Notes under the pieces: generated by a model
What the model was told of the DNA's origin: nothing
Databases searched by the model: none
Seen by the model: the letters and a program-made list of their open reading frames with translations, nothing else
Position numbers and translations under genes: made by a program
Part shown: piece by piece, positions 22,400 to 34,699 of the stretch
Layout of the letters: the number at the start of each line of letters is the position of its first letter
Position numbering within the stretch: the stretch's first letter is position 1
DNA from: Octopus bimaculoides
Lineage: Eukaryota
Length of the DNA stretch: 41,038 bases
NCBI RefSeq assembly: GCF_001194135.2
Contig: NC_068982.1
Span: 148,296,008 to 148,337,045, forward strand
Direction: 5' to 3'

Positions 22400-24097
22400 T
22401 GATCCTTGGTACCTTTGCACTTACACTTGAAACCCTTCTGCTCATGTGGCAGATGTCCGTAAATTAACTCTGCGAGTATTCCAGTCAATAGTTTCCGCAT
22501 AAGTTGCAAGCAGGATATCGGCCTGTAATTGTCTACCGTATTGCATTTTTCTATGTTTTTCAAGCACAGCGTTGTCCTACCCATTGTCAACCATTCTGGT
22601 GTTATTTTGTATGCATTTAACAAGTTGTTGAGTTGTGCAGCTATTTGTGCATGACATTCACCAAATCTTTGTATTAAGTAGCATTGAACTCCATCTGGTC
22701 CCAAGGTCTTCCAGTTGCCTTTTTCTGCTGATTTCCTTCACTTCCCTAACTGAAATGACTAGTTCTGCCTGTTTTGGACAGACTACTGTTTGTTTCAGTT
22801 GTTGCAACCATTCAGCATCCTTTTTGTGCTCCAGATGTCACTCCAAAACCTTTGACTTTCATTGTTATCTGGTATCAACTTTTCATCTGTACACTCTCCA
22901 TTTATTTCTTTATAGAATCTCTTCTTATCTACTCTGAATAACCTATTCTGCTGGTATCTCTTCATTCTTTGGTCATATCTTACCATCTTTGCTTTCTTTG
23001 CAATGAGGCACTGTTTCAGTCCTTCCATTACCACTTTCAGGTCCTTTCTTTCAACATCATACTTCCTGTTCAGTGCCCTGTATTTTTGTTCACTTCTCTT
23101 TTCGGTGTAATACAGAAATGTCCTTCGGGAGCATATCTAACCACTCCTGTATTCTTCTTTTCCACCATGGATCTTTTCTTTTGTCGCTCCCATTATATTT
23201 CTTTTTCTTGACATCAACACCCACATTTTCTCCTACAACAATACTTGCTGCCTTCATCAAATTGTTTGTTTCTGTGATGCTTTTTGTTCTGATGTATTTC
23301 AGAATTTCATTGACATTTTTCGTTTCTTGATTCAATTTCCACCGATCAACCTTTTTAAGGTTGCAAATAATATCGTTACCGTTCTCCTGTAGTCTTGGCT
23401 TTGTTCTGTTGTAAATTGCCTTTTGCCCATCTGCCATGTCACCATTAGTTTTGTTGTCTTCTTCCGAACCATGTATATGTCTCTCGTCGAGCAAGCTATC
23501 ACTGTTCCTTTCCTGTGGTTTATTAGAGATCTCAGCTCTGTTTTCCGTTATGAGATTACTTTTATCAGTAAAAACTGTATTTTCATCGTTTCCTCTGCTG
23601 CTGTTTTCCAATACCCGTCTTTTGATAGCTTCGAGCCGTCCTTCTATGAACCAACGATTTTGTCTTATAGCTCTAGCTTGATCACATAATCTCTATTCTG
23701 TGAGTTGAAACAATCCTCTTTCTCTCGATTCATCATAATTCGTTGTCGGTATCCGCTAATATGAGCACCATTTTCGTCTACAGGGTTGCTCAAGTAGTAA
23801 CACTCCATGACTACAGCATTGACTTGTTTATTCCATCTACGCCGTGTATGCTGGGGTCCCTTGCTGTATATCGACAGACTGGTGTCGGACCAGTATCTCT
23901 GAGCCTGCCGGGTGTAACACTGTCACCATCAAGGGCTTCAGTTTCATTACCACCGTTATTCACAATATTTTGTTTTTTCATTGTCAGTCATATGAGGTAG
24001 CGATTATCAGGTTGTGCAATTACCAGTGTTTTTATTGTGACACCATCACTAGATGTATCATTAATCACACCATAGGGAGATTCCAGCCGCTTCTTTC
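22400..24097 (-). mobile_element. R4/Dong-like RLE non-LTR element, 5' half (5' UTR, N-terminal region, RT start), 3' part missing
   Basis: Frameshifted ORFs: RRRWNKQVNAVVMECYYLSNP, KDPWWKRRIQ, KRYQQNRLFRVDKKRFYKEI, GPDGVQ...PEWLTMGRTTL...NYRPISCL...HEQKGFKCKCKGTKDQLLIDKTV. The 5' end abuts (TAA)n at 24098. Confidence 0.88.
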
Positions 24098-24869
24098 ATT
24101 ATTATTGTTATCATCACTGATATTATTATTTTCATTTAACTATTTGTCATTGTTAATATTTCCTCTGATCCGACATGAGTTTTGGTTAATTGTCATTAAC
24201 ACTTTCGTGTTAGTACTAGGCTCCGGGTCTTATCTATTAGCGTAGATAATTTTATAGAGCACCGCTTCTATAATTATAAACAAATAAAAGTAATGAACCG
24301 TGACAAAGAAACAAACAAATAACTAATATCCACCCTTATTTTTCCGTAGGGTGTATATATTTGTTTAATGCCGTGGGTGGGTATATATACATACATACAT
24401 ACATACATACATACNNNNNNNNNNNNNNNNNNNNNNNNNNNNNNNNNNNNNNNNNNNNNNNNNNNNNNNNNNNNNNNNNNNNNNNNNNNNNNNNNNNNNN
24501 NNNNNNNNNNNNNNNNNNNNNNNNNNNNNNNNNNNNNNNNNNNNNNNNNNNNNNNNTATATATATATATATATATATATGTTTAATGCTTTGTCGTTTGT
24601 TTTATTTGATTCACTTATGTGAGCACGCCTGTTTATACGTTACTTAATGTTATTTTGAAATATTAAAATGTGTTCATGTAAATCTGGGGTGTATACGTAA
24701 TTAATTAGTTTACGCACTTACGTATGTGTGATATGTACTTAATCGAATATAGTCCAATATGTACTTACTTTGATATAGTCCAACACTTTCGATGAGTATT
24801 ACTTACTTGGCTGTACTCCAGCGCTTTGTCAGAGTGGCGAGCGTGTTTACACGTGTTGTGCGAGTATGT

Positions 24870-25358
24870 TTCAACGATGGCTCCACGGTATTTTGACATA
24901 CCACCTTAAGTTGTTTTTCTCTGCTTCGATACAATCCGGGCAACTGATCGAACCTCTCCGACCCTTTCTTCTGGACAAGTACAGCCTATCATTGTCATTC
25001 TTAGGGTGGAAGGCCTTGTGTCCTGTCAACATTTTTCTTGTTTTTATACTGTTTTCATCACTTCTCCCTTTTGCCATTTCATAATTCCCGCTCCATAACG
25101 AAGTGATGCTATCGCCTACGTATTAACTACTTGGATTTTATTCCATCCGGTCAATTTTGAGCGCAGCACCAACATTAGTCTTCGGAAATATTCCGTTCTG
25201 AGTTGCTCTTTCATTTCCTTCTCCATTATCTCGTTGAACTCTAGTACTCCAAGGTACTTGTAACCTTCCGTTTCAATTTGTTTAATCAATTCTGTATTCG
25301 GTAATTTTATTCCTGCTAGGGACTGTACCTTGCTTCTTTTTAGGTAGATTATTCTGCA
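24870..25358 (-). mobile_element. R4/Dong-like fragment (RT C-terminus and post-RT region)
   Basis: EGYKYLGVLEFNEIMEKEMKEQLRTEYFRRL...KTRKMLTGHKAFHPKNDNDRLYLSRRKGRRG. Bounded upstream by (TTA/TTG)n at 25359-25393. Confidence 0.82.
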
Positions 25359-25393
25359 TTATTGTTGTTATTATTATTATTATTATTTTTATT

Positions 25394-26241
25394 GTTCAGT
25401 AGTTTTATTTTTATAACGTGCTTTCACTTCACTACCGAGCGCAGCTCTGTGCGCCTTGGGTATGTGCTGTGGTTTGCTGTGGTGCTCTTACGTTTACTGT
25501 ATTGAAAGTGTTTTGCGTAGAATGTGTGCAGTACCCAGTAGTGCAATTTTCTGTATGTTATATATATTTGTAAGTCCTGGTGTTTTTGTTATGTATTTGT
25601 CTGAATATTTTTTTATTATACCTAAGGCACCTACTATGATAGGAATTGTTTCTGTTTTTAGATTCCACATTCGAGTTATCTCTATTTNNNNNNNNNNNNN
25701 NNNNNNNNNNNNNNNNNNNNNNNNNNNNNNNNNNNNNNNNNNNNNNNNNNNNNNNNNNNNNNNNNNNNNNNNNNNNNNNNNNNNNNNNNNNNNNNNNNNN
25801 NNNNNNNNNNNNNNNNNNNNNNNNNNNNNNNNNNNNNNNNNNNNNNNNNNNNNNNNNNNNNNNNNNNNNNNNNNNNNNNNNNNNNNNNNNNNNNNNNNNN
25901 NNNNNNNNNNNNNNNNNNNNNNNNNNNNNNNNNNNNNNNNNNNNNNNNNNNNNNNNNNNNNNNNNNNNNNNNNNNNNNNNNNNNNNNNNNNNNNNNNNNN
26001 NNNNNNNNNNNNNNNNNNNNNNNNNNNNNNNNNNNNNNNNNNNNNNNNNNNNNNNNNNNNNNNNNNNNNNNNNNNNNNNNNNNNNNNNNNNNNNNNNNNN
26101 NNNNNNNNNNNNNNNNNNNNNNNNNNNNNNNNNNNNNNNNNNNNNATTTCTGGTGGGGAGGCTTTGGTCTTGTGCAGCAATTAAAAATCCTTCAGTCTCT
26201 TTATCATGGTCCGTTGCTGTTCTAGTTTTAGTTTGGATTTC
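25394..26241 (-). mobile_element. Family F RLE element, second copy (3' end; middle in N-gap), bounded by (TTA)n on both sides
   Basis: 25394-25687 is nearly identical to 5894-6187 and encodes EITRMWNLKTETIPIIVGALG...LLGTAHILRKTLSIQ*. 26146-26241 matches ~6600-6805 with a ~110-bp internal deletion. Confidence 0.9.
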
Positions 26242-26262
26242 TTATTATTATTATTATTATTA

Positions 26263-26300
<38 letters not shown>

Positions 26301-26590
26301 GATTTGACTCGGGTTCGTTTTAATTCCTGGCAGGGCTTATATTCGTAACAGGTTACTACCTGTAACCGTAAGCATCCACTAGTTTTCATGTCTTTCAGAT
26401 GCTTAGAACCTTCCTGATAATCTTTCTTGTCTCTTGGAGGTAAACTTTGTGTTGAATCTCTACAGGATATTCCATTCCAATCTCCTTCAATCATTTGTCA
26501 ATGTCATTGCTTAGTTCCCAATGCACCAATTATTATAGGCAAACCTTTACAGTTTTCATATCCAAACTCTTGCAATTTCAAATTTTAAGG
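26301..26590 (-). mobile_element. Degenerate RLE element 3' end (different family)
   Basis: Degenerate EIARVW.MKTV..PIIIGALGTK...WLKEIG...IIRKVLSI* followed by a 3' UTR that ends in (AAT)n at 26242-26300. Confidence 0.7.
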
Positions 26591-28945
26591 CAGTGTATCT
26601 TTCTGTTAGTTTGTTTTCCGCCTTCTGTCTTCTTTTCTTTGTCCTTTAAGTAAAGGGCTAAGTCCTCGATCTGCCCTGGCCGTTCGAGACATGTGATATC
26701 AGCGCAGTTAATATTCACTGAAAGTGTTGCAAGCGAACAGCTACAGTGTAAAAATTCCTGATGGATGAAGATGTAAGGAAGAAAGACTTGGCTTAATGGG
26801 TCGTACAGGTAGGGACAATATGGAGGAGAAACTTTTGATTGCATGTGCTAGATATGGCACGAAACCATGGCTACGAAGAGGTGGGGACACAGCAGTAGCC
26901 ATAAATCTGTGGGACAAAGTCTGGGCGTGCTGATGAGCATCTTCATGGTAGTCACTTGAGTGACCTTATTAAGGAAATTTAACTAAATGAGATTTATCAG
27001 TAAGTAACCTTTTAGTTTTAGGCTTTACCAAGTGCTTTGATTTTTAGATTCATTCAAATTCCCTTGATTTATATAAATTTATATACGTGTTCGTGTTTAT
27101 CTTGTCTATGCACAATCTTTATGCTAATATATAGATGCATCATCATGACTTATTTCTGTATTTAGCAACACTTTCTCTCACTCTACGGTTCTCAAAGATA
27201 CCGTAGACAGCAGCCTGAATAACACAAACAATAATAAACATCTTTAAAATTCTGCTATTATTTTTCATTTGAACTATGACCGATTCAGTTCTCATGTAGA
27301 TAAGTCGTGCTTTGCCAAAAGGTAAGATACAAGTGAACTGGTGGATATGATGGATAATAGGCTGGTAAAATCATGGTAGTGAAGGTGGTATAGTGTGGTA
27401 GTGGTGGTGGTCTGAGTGTTGGTGGCGGTAGTGGTGGGTGGGTAGTGGCTCTAATGATGAGGGTGATGGCGATGGTGATGGTGTATGTAAGTCTGTTAGT
27501 ATTTACATTTATGATAAGGCAATGGTGTTTGTATACGTACGAACCTATATCTATTTTTATTGGGAGAGCATATGAATACACGACGCGCGCGTATACACAT
27601 ACATACATATATTTGCGTGTGTATATGTATGCATATACACACATACGTGTGCGTATGCATGCAAATAATCTTATCAATAAATATTCATATGTTCTGAGAT
27701 AAAATTCACTTTATTAAAATCATTTACTGTTTCTAATTCTCTGTTCCATATTGTATTCTAAAAAAAGATATACAAATTTTTTGTTGCATAAATTTGTAAA
27801 AAGGAGTCAGTGAGTGAGACGCAGAAATTACGAAGAATACCCATATGAGAGGTAAAAAACAAAACAAAGGAGTACTGATTTCCACTGAATTCCGCTTTGG
27901 TTCTGTTTATTCCATTTAGATCTTCAGCTGTCTATCGAGACCCATATTTTATGGATATATTGAAAGTTGATAACGAAATTTCATCGCAAATATAGAAACC
28001 AAGTATGTTGTAAATACAAAGTCATCATTGCTTTCAACTATTTTCTACAATATATTTCAACTTATATTTATTTATCATTTGCTTTTGGTAGTCATTTGCC
28101 ATGCTCTTGTATTTATGCTCTTGTGCTTAAATTGTTTTATTTTTTAGTATTGTTTGTTATTCTTGTTTGTTTTTTAGTATTGTTTTTTGTTCTTGTTTGT
28201 TGTTCTTCCGTTATTTTATTGGTTGTTGTTTCGTTTCGTATACGATAGTGTGATTGATATTATGGGTATAGTGTATTCGCTGTAACCGTTCTGAAAATGA
28301 ATGGAAAGTGACTGACGTATGATGTGGGCTGTACCTAGCAGGACTCTTATTCTCTTTTTAGACTAGTTTTGAGCCTTATTATATGTATATTTTTGTTCGT
28401 GTTCCCTTTTATGTTTCAATCAATTTCAAGATCTTTAAAAGTTCTTTGAAAGTACTTTGTTTCTCGACCTCCTTCTAGAAGCTACTTTAATGAAAAGGGA
28501 TGCGAAATTTTTATTATTAATGTCATTTTTGACTGACAAGAACATGCAGCGACATTTTTTTTCTATAAGCTGTGGAAAAAGAAGTTGTATGGTGGATGCG
28601 TTTGAAAGTGTTGAGAACATGACACGTCTGACTGTGTCCACGACACTTTTTTAAGTATCAAGTGAAATAGGTGACAGGAAAAGTGGGGCTCTACTTTCAA
28701 GCAAAGCTGAAACTTGAATTCTGCTTTTGGTTTGGTAGTCGGGAGAGAGTAACAGACTTGTGAGTATGATGGTCAGAATCATTACAAACATTATCTCCAC
28801 ATGTCGTTCAAAAGTGACCTTGTTTCATCCAATTTTATATTTGTACTCTAGTGCCTTGAGCGTTACATATTTTACCGATCTCCCGCTTATTGTATATGCA
28901 TTGTGTAATACGATTTATGTTGTAAGCCCTGTGGTTAGTCTGTCT

Positions 28946-29778
28946 AGCTAGCAGAATCGTTAGCAGGCTGGACGAAATGCTTAGCGGTATTTCGCCCGTC
29001 GCTACGTTCTGAGTTCAAATTCCGCTGAGGTCGACTTTGCCTTTCATCCTTTCAGGGTCGATTAAATAAGTATCAGTTACGCACTGGGGTCGATGTAATC
29101 GAGTTAATCCGTTCCCCCAAATTTGAGGCCTTGTGCTTCCAGTAGAAAGGATTATTAGTATTATCATTATTATCATCATCATCATCATCATCATAATCAT
29201 TATTATCATTATTAGTGTCGGCTAACTTATAGAATGGTCAGCACGCATGACAAATTGCTTAGCGACATTTCGTTCGTCTTTATGTTCTGAGCTGAAATTC
29301 TACCGAAGTCGACTTTGTCTTTTATCGCTTCAGGATCAATGAAATAAGTACCAATTGAGCCCTGTGGTCAATGTAATAGACTAGTCCCCTCTCCCAAAAT
29401 TTCAGGCATTGTGCCTATAGTAGAAGAGATCATCATCATCATCAAGGCAGCGAGCTGGCACAATTGTTAGCGAGTCGTTGGTTCTTTACATTCTGAGTTC
29501 ATCCCGCCGAAATCAACTTTGGCTTTCATCCCTCAATAGTCGATAAAGTACTAATAAGGAGCTGGGATCAATGTAACCGACTGTTCTCTCCCTAAATAAA
29601 TGGAAAAAATCAAAATAACTGGTAGCTTTGAGCGAAAATTTGCAACCATTATTATTTAAGGTGGCATCGAACAAAATGCTTAACGCTACTATTACGTTCT
29701 GCGTTCAAATTCCGCCGAGTTCAACTTGGCTTTTCATCCTCTCGAGGTCTATAAAATCAAGCACCAGTCTAGTACTGC
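28946..29778 (+). mobile_element. Cluster of four co-oriented SINE family A copies (28946-29150, 29214-29428, 29444-29596, 29657-29778)
   Basis: Each has all or part of agctggcagaatcgttag (A box), ctgagttcaaattcc (B box) and gtcgactttgcctttcatcctttcggggtcgataaa..aagtaccag. Copies are separated by (ATT/ATC)n or short spacers. Confidence 0.88.
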
Positions 29779-30365
29779 TAGCCTGGTGCTAAAATAAGGA
29801 AAATTATTATTGCTCTTGTTATTTTTACTATTATTTCTACGACACGTGATAATTTGCGACAAAATAACTTCTTTGTATTTTGGCCAGCTGTCCATTTGTG
29901 CATCGGTTTCGTTTTGTTGTTTCTTAACCTTTGACCTGTGAGGCTTCAAGTTTCTTTCAAATCCAATTGATTCTTGTTTACTTACCTCTCTCCTCCCCAC
30001 TCTTCTCTCCCTTTCAAATTGCTCCCAATTTTATTTATTCATTTAATATCATTATTATTATTTTTAGTAGCATTTGTTTTCTCTGTGTTAGGTGGGGGAT
30101 TGAGAGATTAGTAGTGTTATTCGATATGTATTTATAATTCGTCCGATTATGCTTGGCTGTAGTATTCAACTTATAACAGGTTATTACTGCACCGATATGT
30201 CTAACGGTTCCAAACTTTAAAGACAAACAAAAGGAAAATCCACCTGGTTAAGACTGTCCATTTGTACGTGAAGATATTCTTATATGCTTTATATATCTAC
30301 TGGTGTGTTACAGACATTACTCACTTCACTGTTTAGATAGGAATGTAATTAAGTAAAATACAAAA

Positions 30366-30434
<69 letters not shown>

Positions 30435-30794
30435 NNNNNNNNNNNNNNNNNNNNNNNNNNNNNNNNNNNNNNNNNNNNNNNNNNNNNNNNNNNNNNNNNN
30501 NNNNNNNNNNNNNNNNNNNNNNNNNNNNNNNNNNNNNNNNNNNNNNNNNNNNNNNNNNNNNNNNNNNNNNNNNNNNNNNNNNNNNNNNNNNNNNNNNNNN
30601 NNNNNNNNNNNNNNNNNNNNNNNNNNNNNNNNNNNNNNNNNNNNNNNNNNNNNNNNNNNNNNNNNNNNNNNNNNNNNNNNNNNNNNNNNNNNNNNNNNNN
30701 NNNNNNNNNNNNNNNNNNNNNNNNNNNNNNNNNNNNNNTGTGTGTGTTACATGCTGAGTCTGCAGGTAGGCCCTCTGTGTCTGGTGGCATTGAT

Positions 30795-32460
30795 ATCATT
30801 AATGTTCCATTTAAACTGTTGCACGCCAACACTTGCAAAAAGGACAGGAGCGAGGGCAGATTCCCAATGCCGTATGGTCTGGGGGGGGGGGAGAATTAAG
30901 AACAGTCTAAAGGAGCCGTGGGTGCAACAAGTGTAACAAAAGGTGGTTAGATGGGTGGGCCAGAGGAGAATGTGTAGTAGCAGTACGAGAACAATCAGCT
31001 CTGTGAGACAGGGGTCATTATTACAGCGATAAAAAAGGCAAAGAAAAGAGATAGCTTGCCTGCTAGACGTTGCCTGAATTGTGACGAGTGTTAGTGATGG
31101 AATGACAAACATCCCAGTGGTCCTTCTCTGCGTGCGGTTCTAGATGCCGATGTACGTAGTAGCAGTATTAGACCCGAACCGTGTAGAACAATGGTTTTGA
31201 AACGTGATCCATGTGGCCCATGTTGGTCCATATAAAATTCGGCGGGGGAGAGGGTCCACGCAACAAAATAGTTAATTGGGCATCTACAGTAGTATTTTAA
31301 GGGCTCCCTAAAAAATTTTACTTTAGATGTATGTATTAGTATGTATTGCAAGAAGCAGCTGCGTTTCTTTCCCTAACATTTAACATAGTACAACCTACAC
31401 AAGTTAATGTGCGAAATATAAAATAGGAATGCTGAAAGAAGATTCTATTAAACTAGTTTTTATTAAACATCGAATGGTTCGGAAAAGATTGTAATATAAT
31501 GATACAAAGTCTGAACTGGTGGCGGAGTGAGACAGCACTTCCAGCCCCTCAAGTTTCTCAAGATTGCGCTTGATCACATTCTAATGGCTTGGGGTCTACT
31601 AGAGTAAAATAATAATAAAGGAGTCCAGAGTAGTTTTTTTTAAATGTTGAGAACCCTTGGTGTAGAATGTCAGCAGCAACAGGAATCTAAACAGGAATCT
31701 TCGAATCTAAAGTGTAAAGCTGGTCTTTGGGAAGCGGTCTCACCTTTGCTAACGATGCTATCCTAAGGGATATCTTCGGCGTTAATTAGGCTCAGCATTT
31801 AAAGCTGCTGTGAGGGTTTTAGCTGAGTGTGACTCGTGATCAAAGTAGGTGTAATGGGTTGTATTTTCTTCATCCAGGTAATATTTGAAGGGGATGGGGG
31901 AAGTTGCTGTTAAAACAAATAAGGTTGGCATATTCTCGCTCGATTATACTTTCGCGGTCTCCGCTTATGGAATTAATGCAGGTTCCCCCTGAGGAGTGTG
32001 GCTTGCGTGAGGGTGAGATATGGTTAAGGAAGGTTCGGGAGGAATGAGGAGTCATGCCATCTGCATAAGAGTAGTTGTTGTTGGATGCGATGGCAAATTG
32101 GTCATTATTGCACGGACAGAATGCAGTCTGGGATTGAACCAAACCCTGCGGAAGAAGGGTTCGGGTGTCACTCTCACAATCAACACTGGTTGATTGTGAG
32201 TAGGTATTGCTCTCTTTATTTTTTCCGGACAACTATCATTTGGAGGACTTCTGGTGCTGTTTTTATTGTATTTGTATAGTTATTTAATTTTTTCTTCCTG
32301 TGCGAAGAATGTGAAAGGACACGCCCAAAAAGATGGCTTCGGTCACATTTTAGAAGCATGGGAGCTGCTAGATATATGCGGCATAAAACTGGCGGAACCC
32401 CAACCGGTTGCCTGACATGCAGGGCTATAGGATCCAAGAGGAATTGAACGCTGAGTGATA
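30795..32460 (-). mobile_element. Degenerate CR1/Jockey-group LINE (RT to 3' end), interrupted at ~31110-31560
   Basis: Degenerate RT (VD..SDT..L..PQG.V.SQT.F...NND......NNYSYAD.MT.HSS) in ORF 31870..32232; C-terminal SFLCLFYRC...QTIRHW...QQFKWNINDIN in ORF 30747..31112, homologous to 1900-2215. Confidence 0.72.
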
Positions 32461-33075
32461 TATGATTGTGTGAAGTGCAGTGTGGTAAGACAGTGATCGG
32501 ATGAGTGGACAGGCATTAAAACACTTACGTATTTTACTTACAAACTTTCAGGACGGAATCCAGTGTCAGTTTTATATAATTCCTAGTGATTTATTTTCTT
32601 TCACTAAAACTATCTTTGTTATTACAGTTATACATATTGAGGCTTAGTCTATGGATATACAAGATATAACGATAAAGGCAACTGACGCTTAACTCTATAT
32701 ATTTACTTTCGTATTTTTACTCAGAAATATGTGAGGCCGGTATTTGAATCTACGTGCTGCATTCTCCAGTAACAACATTCAAGAATTCATGTACCTAAAA
32801 TTGCATGCGTTTAAATTTCCATATTGCACGATTTGCTTAAGGTACTACACAGACATGGTGATGAGTCCATTCTGTAGCCCCATCTAAACACCTACTTCCT
32901 GCAAATAATTATGTCTTGGCGTTCGCACTTGCGCCTACTCCAAGCGTGTATTACTATCACTGGTGGTTTCAACCAAGATACATTTGATTACAAATGTCAA
33001 GTTCTATATCGTATAAGATTTTGTAGCATATAGTATTCTGTGTTATGTAACATTATATATCACATAACACCATGT

Positions 33076-33968
33076 AAAGATCTTTGTGGCTATCGTCACT
33101 GCAAGTCGAAATCTTTAAAAAGATTTCTTTCATGTATCATATAGATGTAATTTTTTATGCTGAATCCGAATTTGTTATTCATTTATTCCAGAAAAATTTT
33201 GTGAAAATATTACAGGTGTTCAAAGATTGATAATTTTCAGAATTTCAGCCAATCAAAAAACTGCGCGTTCGCTGCCTCTTCCATCGTCTGTCACTGTAGC
33301 GAGAAAGGGGTAGCGGTACCGGCTTGTCAAAACATTAGACTAGTTGTAGTAAACAGGGAAAAACATTAATACATTTGCGAGCAAATTAAATATTTAAACG
33401 CTACGATCAAACCAACTGGAGTTGCTAGAAATAACAGTCAAAACATTGTTTAAAACGGATATTTATGAGTTTGAAAATTCAAGAACGAAAGTTTGCAACA
33501 CACCCTAGGATTTTATCTTTCTCATATCTCCTCCACATAAGTTTACAACGATAAGAGTCAACCATGGAACGATGTGTCCCACACCAGCGTTTATTTCCAC
33601 GCTTTAAAGATACCCAGGTACTCTCAATTTGTTGATTACACTCAATTTGGTGGTTACACACCTTGAGCGCAAGTGTAGCATCTTTGGTTACTATGGAAAC
33701 AGAGTTCTTCGCTATCAGCTATGAAACACGTGGTTTTTCTTTGCTTACTATGCTAACAGATCTTCACGGTGATGCGTAAAATACTCGCTTCTGATTGGCT
33801 AAAATACCTAAATTTTACAAATTTTAAAGGCTACTAACTTTTTAATTGTAAATTTATAGGGAAAATAACTTTCATTTCAAAATTAGTATACAAAACTTAA
33901 TCCATATACCAACCTTGAAAACAATAGGATCAAAATTGTAAAGATTGATGATAACCACAAAGAACCCC
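33076..33968. mobile_element. Degenerate non-autonomous DNA transposon with layered inverted repeats and an apparent 4-bp TSD (ATGT)
   Basis: Ends aaagatctttgtggctatcgtca / tgatgataaccacaaagaacccc; ATGT at 33072-75 and 33969-72. Inner inverted pairs are tttt.tat.ct.a.t..gaa and tt.agccaatca.aa / ttctgattggctaa. Confidence 0.5.
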
Positions 33969-34323
33969 ATGTGCCCCCTTACTTCATAAGTATTCCATGA
34001 TATCCAGCTCATCTGTGTACTATCTTGATATATCACAATCATGTATCCTCAAAGAATCGCTCACTTATTTAATATCCATTTTGGTTAATTATCAAATTTT
34101 CCGTGAACTCAGTTATATATTTAATCATTATACATTTGGATTTTTTTTTCAACCTACACCCTCCAGTAGCAATCCCGCTTTCTCTAACACAAGTAACTTC
34201 CACCATTCTTTTTATATTATTAAGCCAACTCACAACGTTTATTGTATAATTGTTGTATCTTGCTGAAAGGATAGGCTTTTAGTAATGAGAAGAGAGGCAA
34301 GTAGGAGTATGTAAAATTTTATG

Positions 34324-34697
34324 AGTAGGAGTGGCTTACTTATCAACCACATGGTTCCGGGTTCAGTCCCACTGCGCAGTACCTTGAGCAAGTGTCTTCT
34401 ACTATAGCCTCGGGCCGACCAAAGCCTTGTGAATGGATTTGGTAGACGGAAACTGAAAGAAGCCCGTCGTATATATGTATGTATATGTTTGTGTGTCCGT
34501 GTTTGTCCCCCCAACTTCGCTTGACAACCGATGCTAGTGTGTTTACGACCCCGAAACTTAGCGGTTCAGCAAAAGAGACCGATAGAATAAGTACTAGGCT
34601 TACAAAGAATAAGTCCTGGGATCGATTTGCTCGACTAAAGGCGGTGCTCCAGCATGGCCGCAGTCAAATGTCTGAAACAAGTAAAAAAGTAAAAGAG
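34324..34697 (+). mobile_element. tRNA-derived SINE family B, near full length
   Basis: B-box-like GGGTTCAGTCCC, the ccttgagcaag..ctactatagcctcgggccgaccaaagccttgtga body, an internal TA/TG tract and a tail ending gaaacaagtaaaaaagtaaaagag. Second partial copy at 19785-20097. Confidence 0.85.
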
Positions 34698-34699
34698 AT

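Noticed and set aside
23990-24097. Possible HDV-like ribozyme in the RLE 5' leader, as in R2 elements
   Set aside because: A 6-bp P1-like pairing (GCTGGA/TCTAGT) exists, but I could not build a pyrimidine-rich L3, P1.1 or P2.
26578-26844. 88-aa ORF, and other short non-repeat ORFs such as 28435-28641 and 21815-22204
   Set aside because: No recognisable domain, no convincing splice-site context, and lengths expected by chance.
28946-29778. CRISPR-like repeat/spacer array
   Set aside because: The repeats are ~200-bp diverged SINE copies with Pol III boxes in a eukaryotic context; there are no constant short repeats or cas genes.
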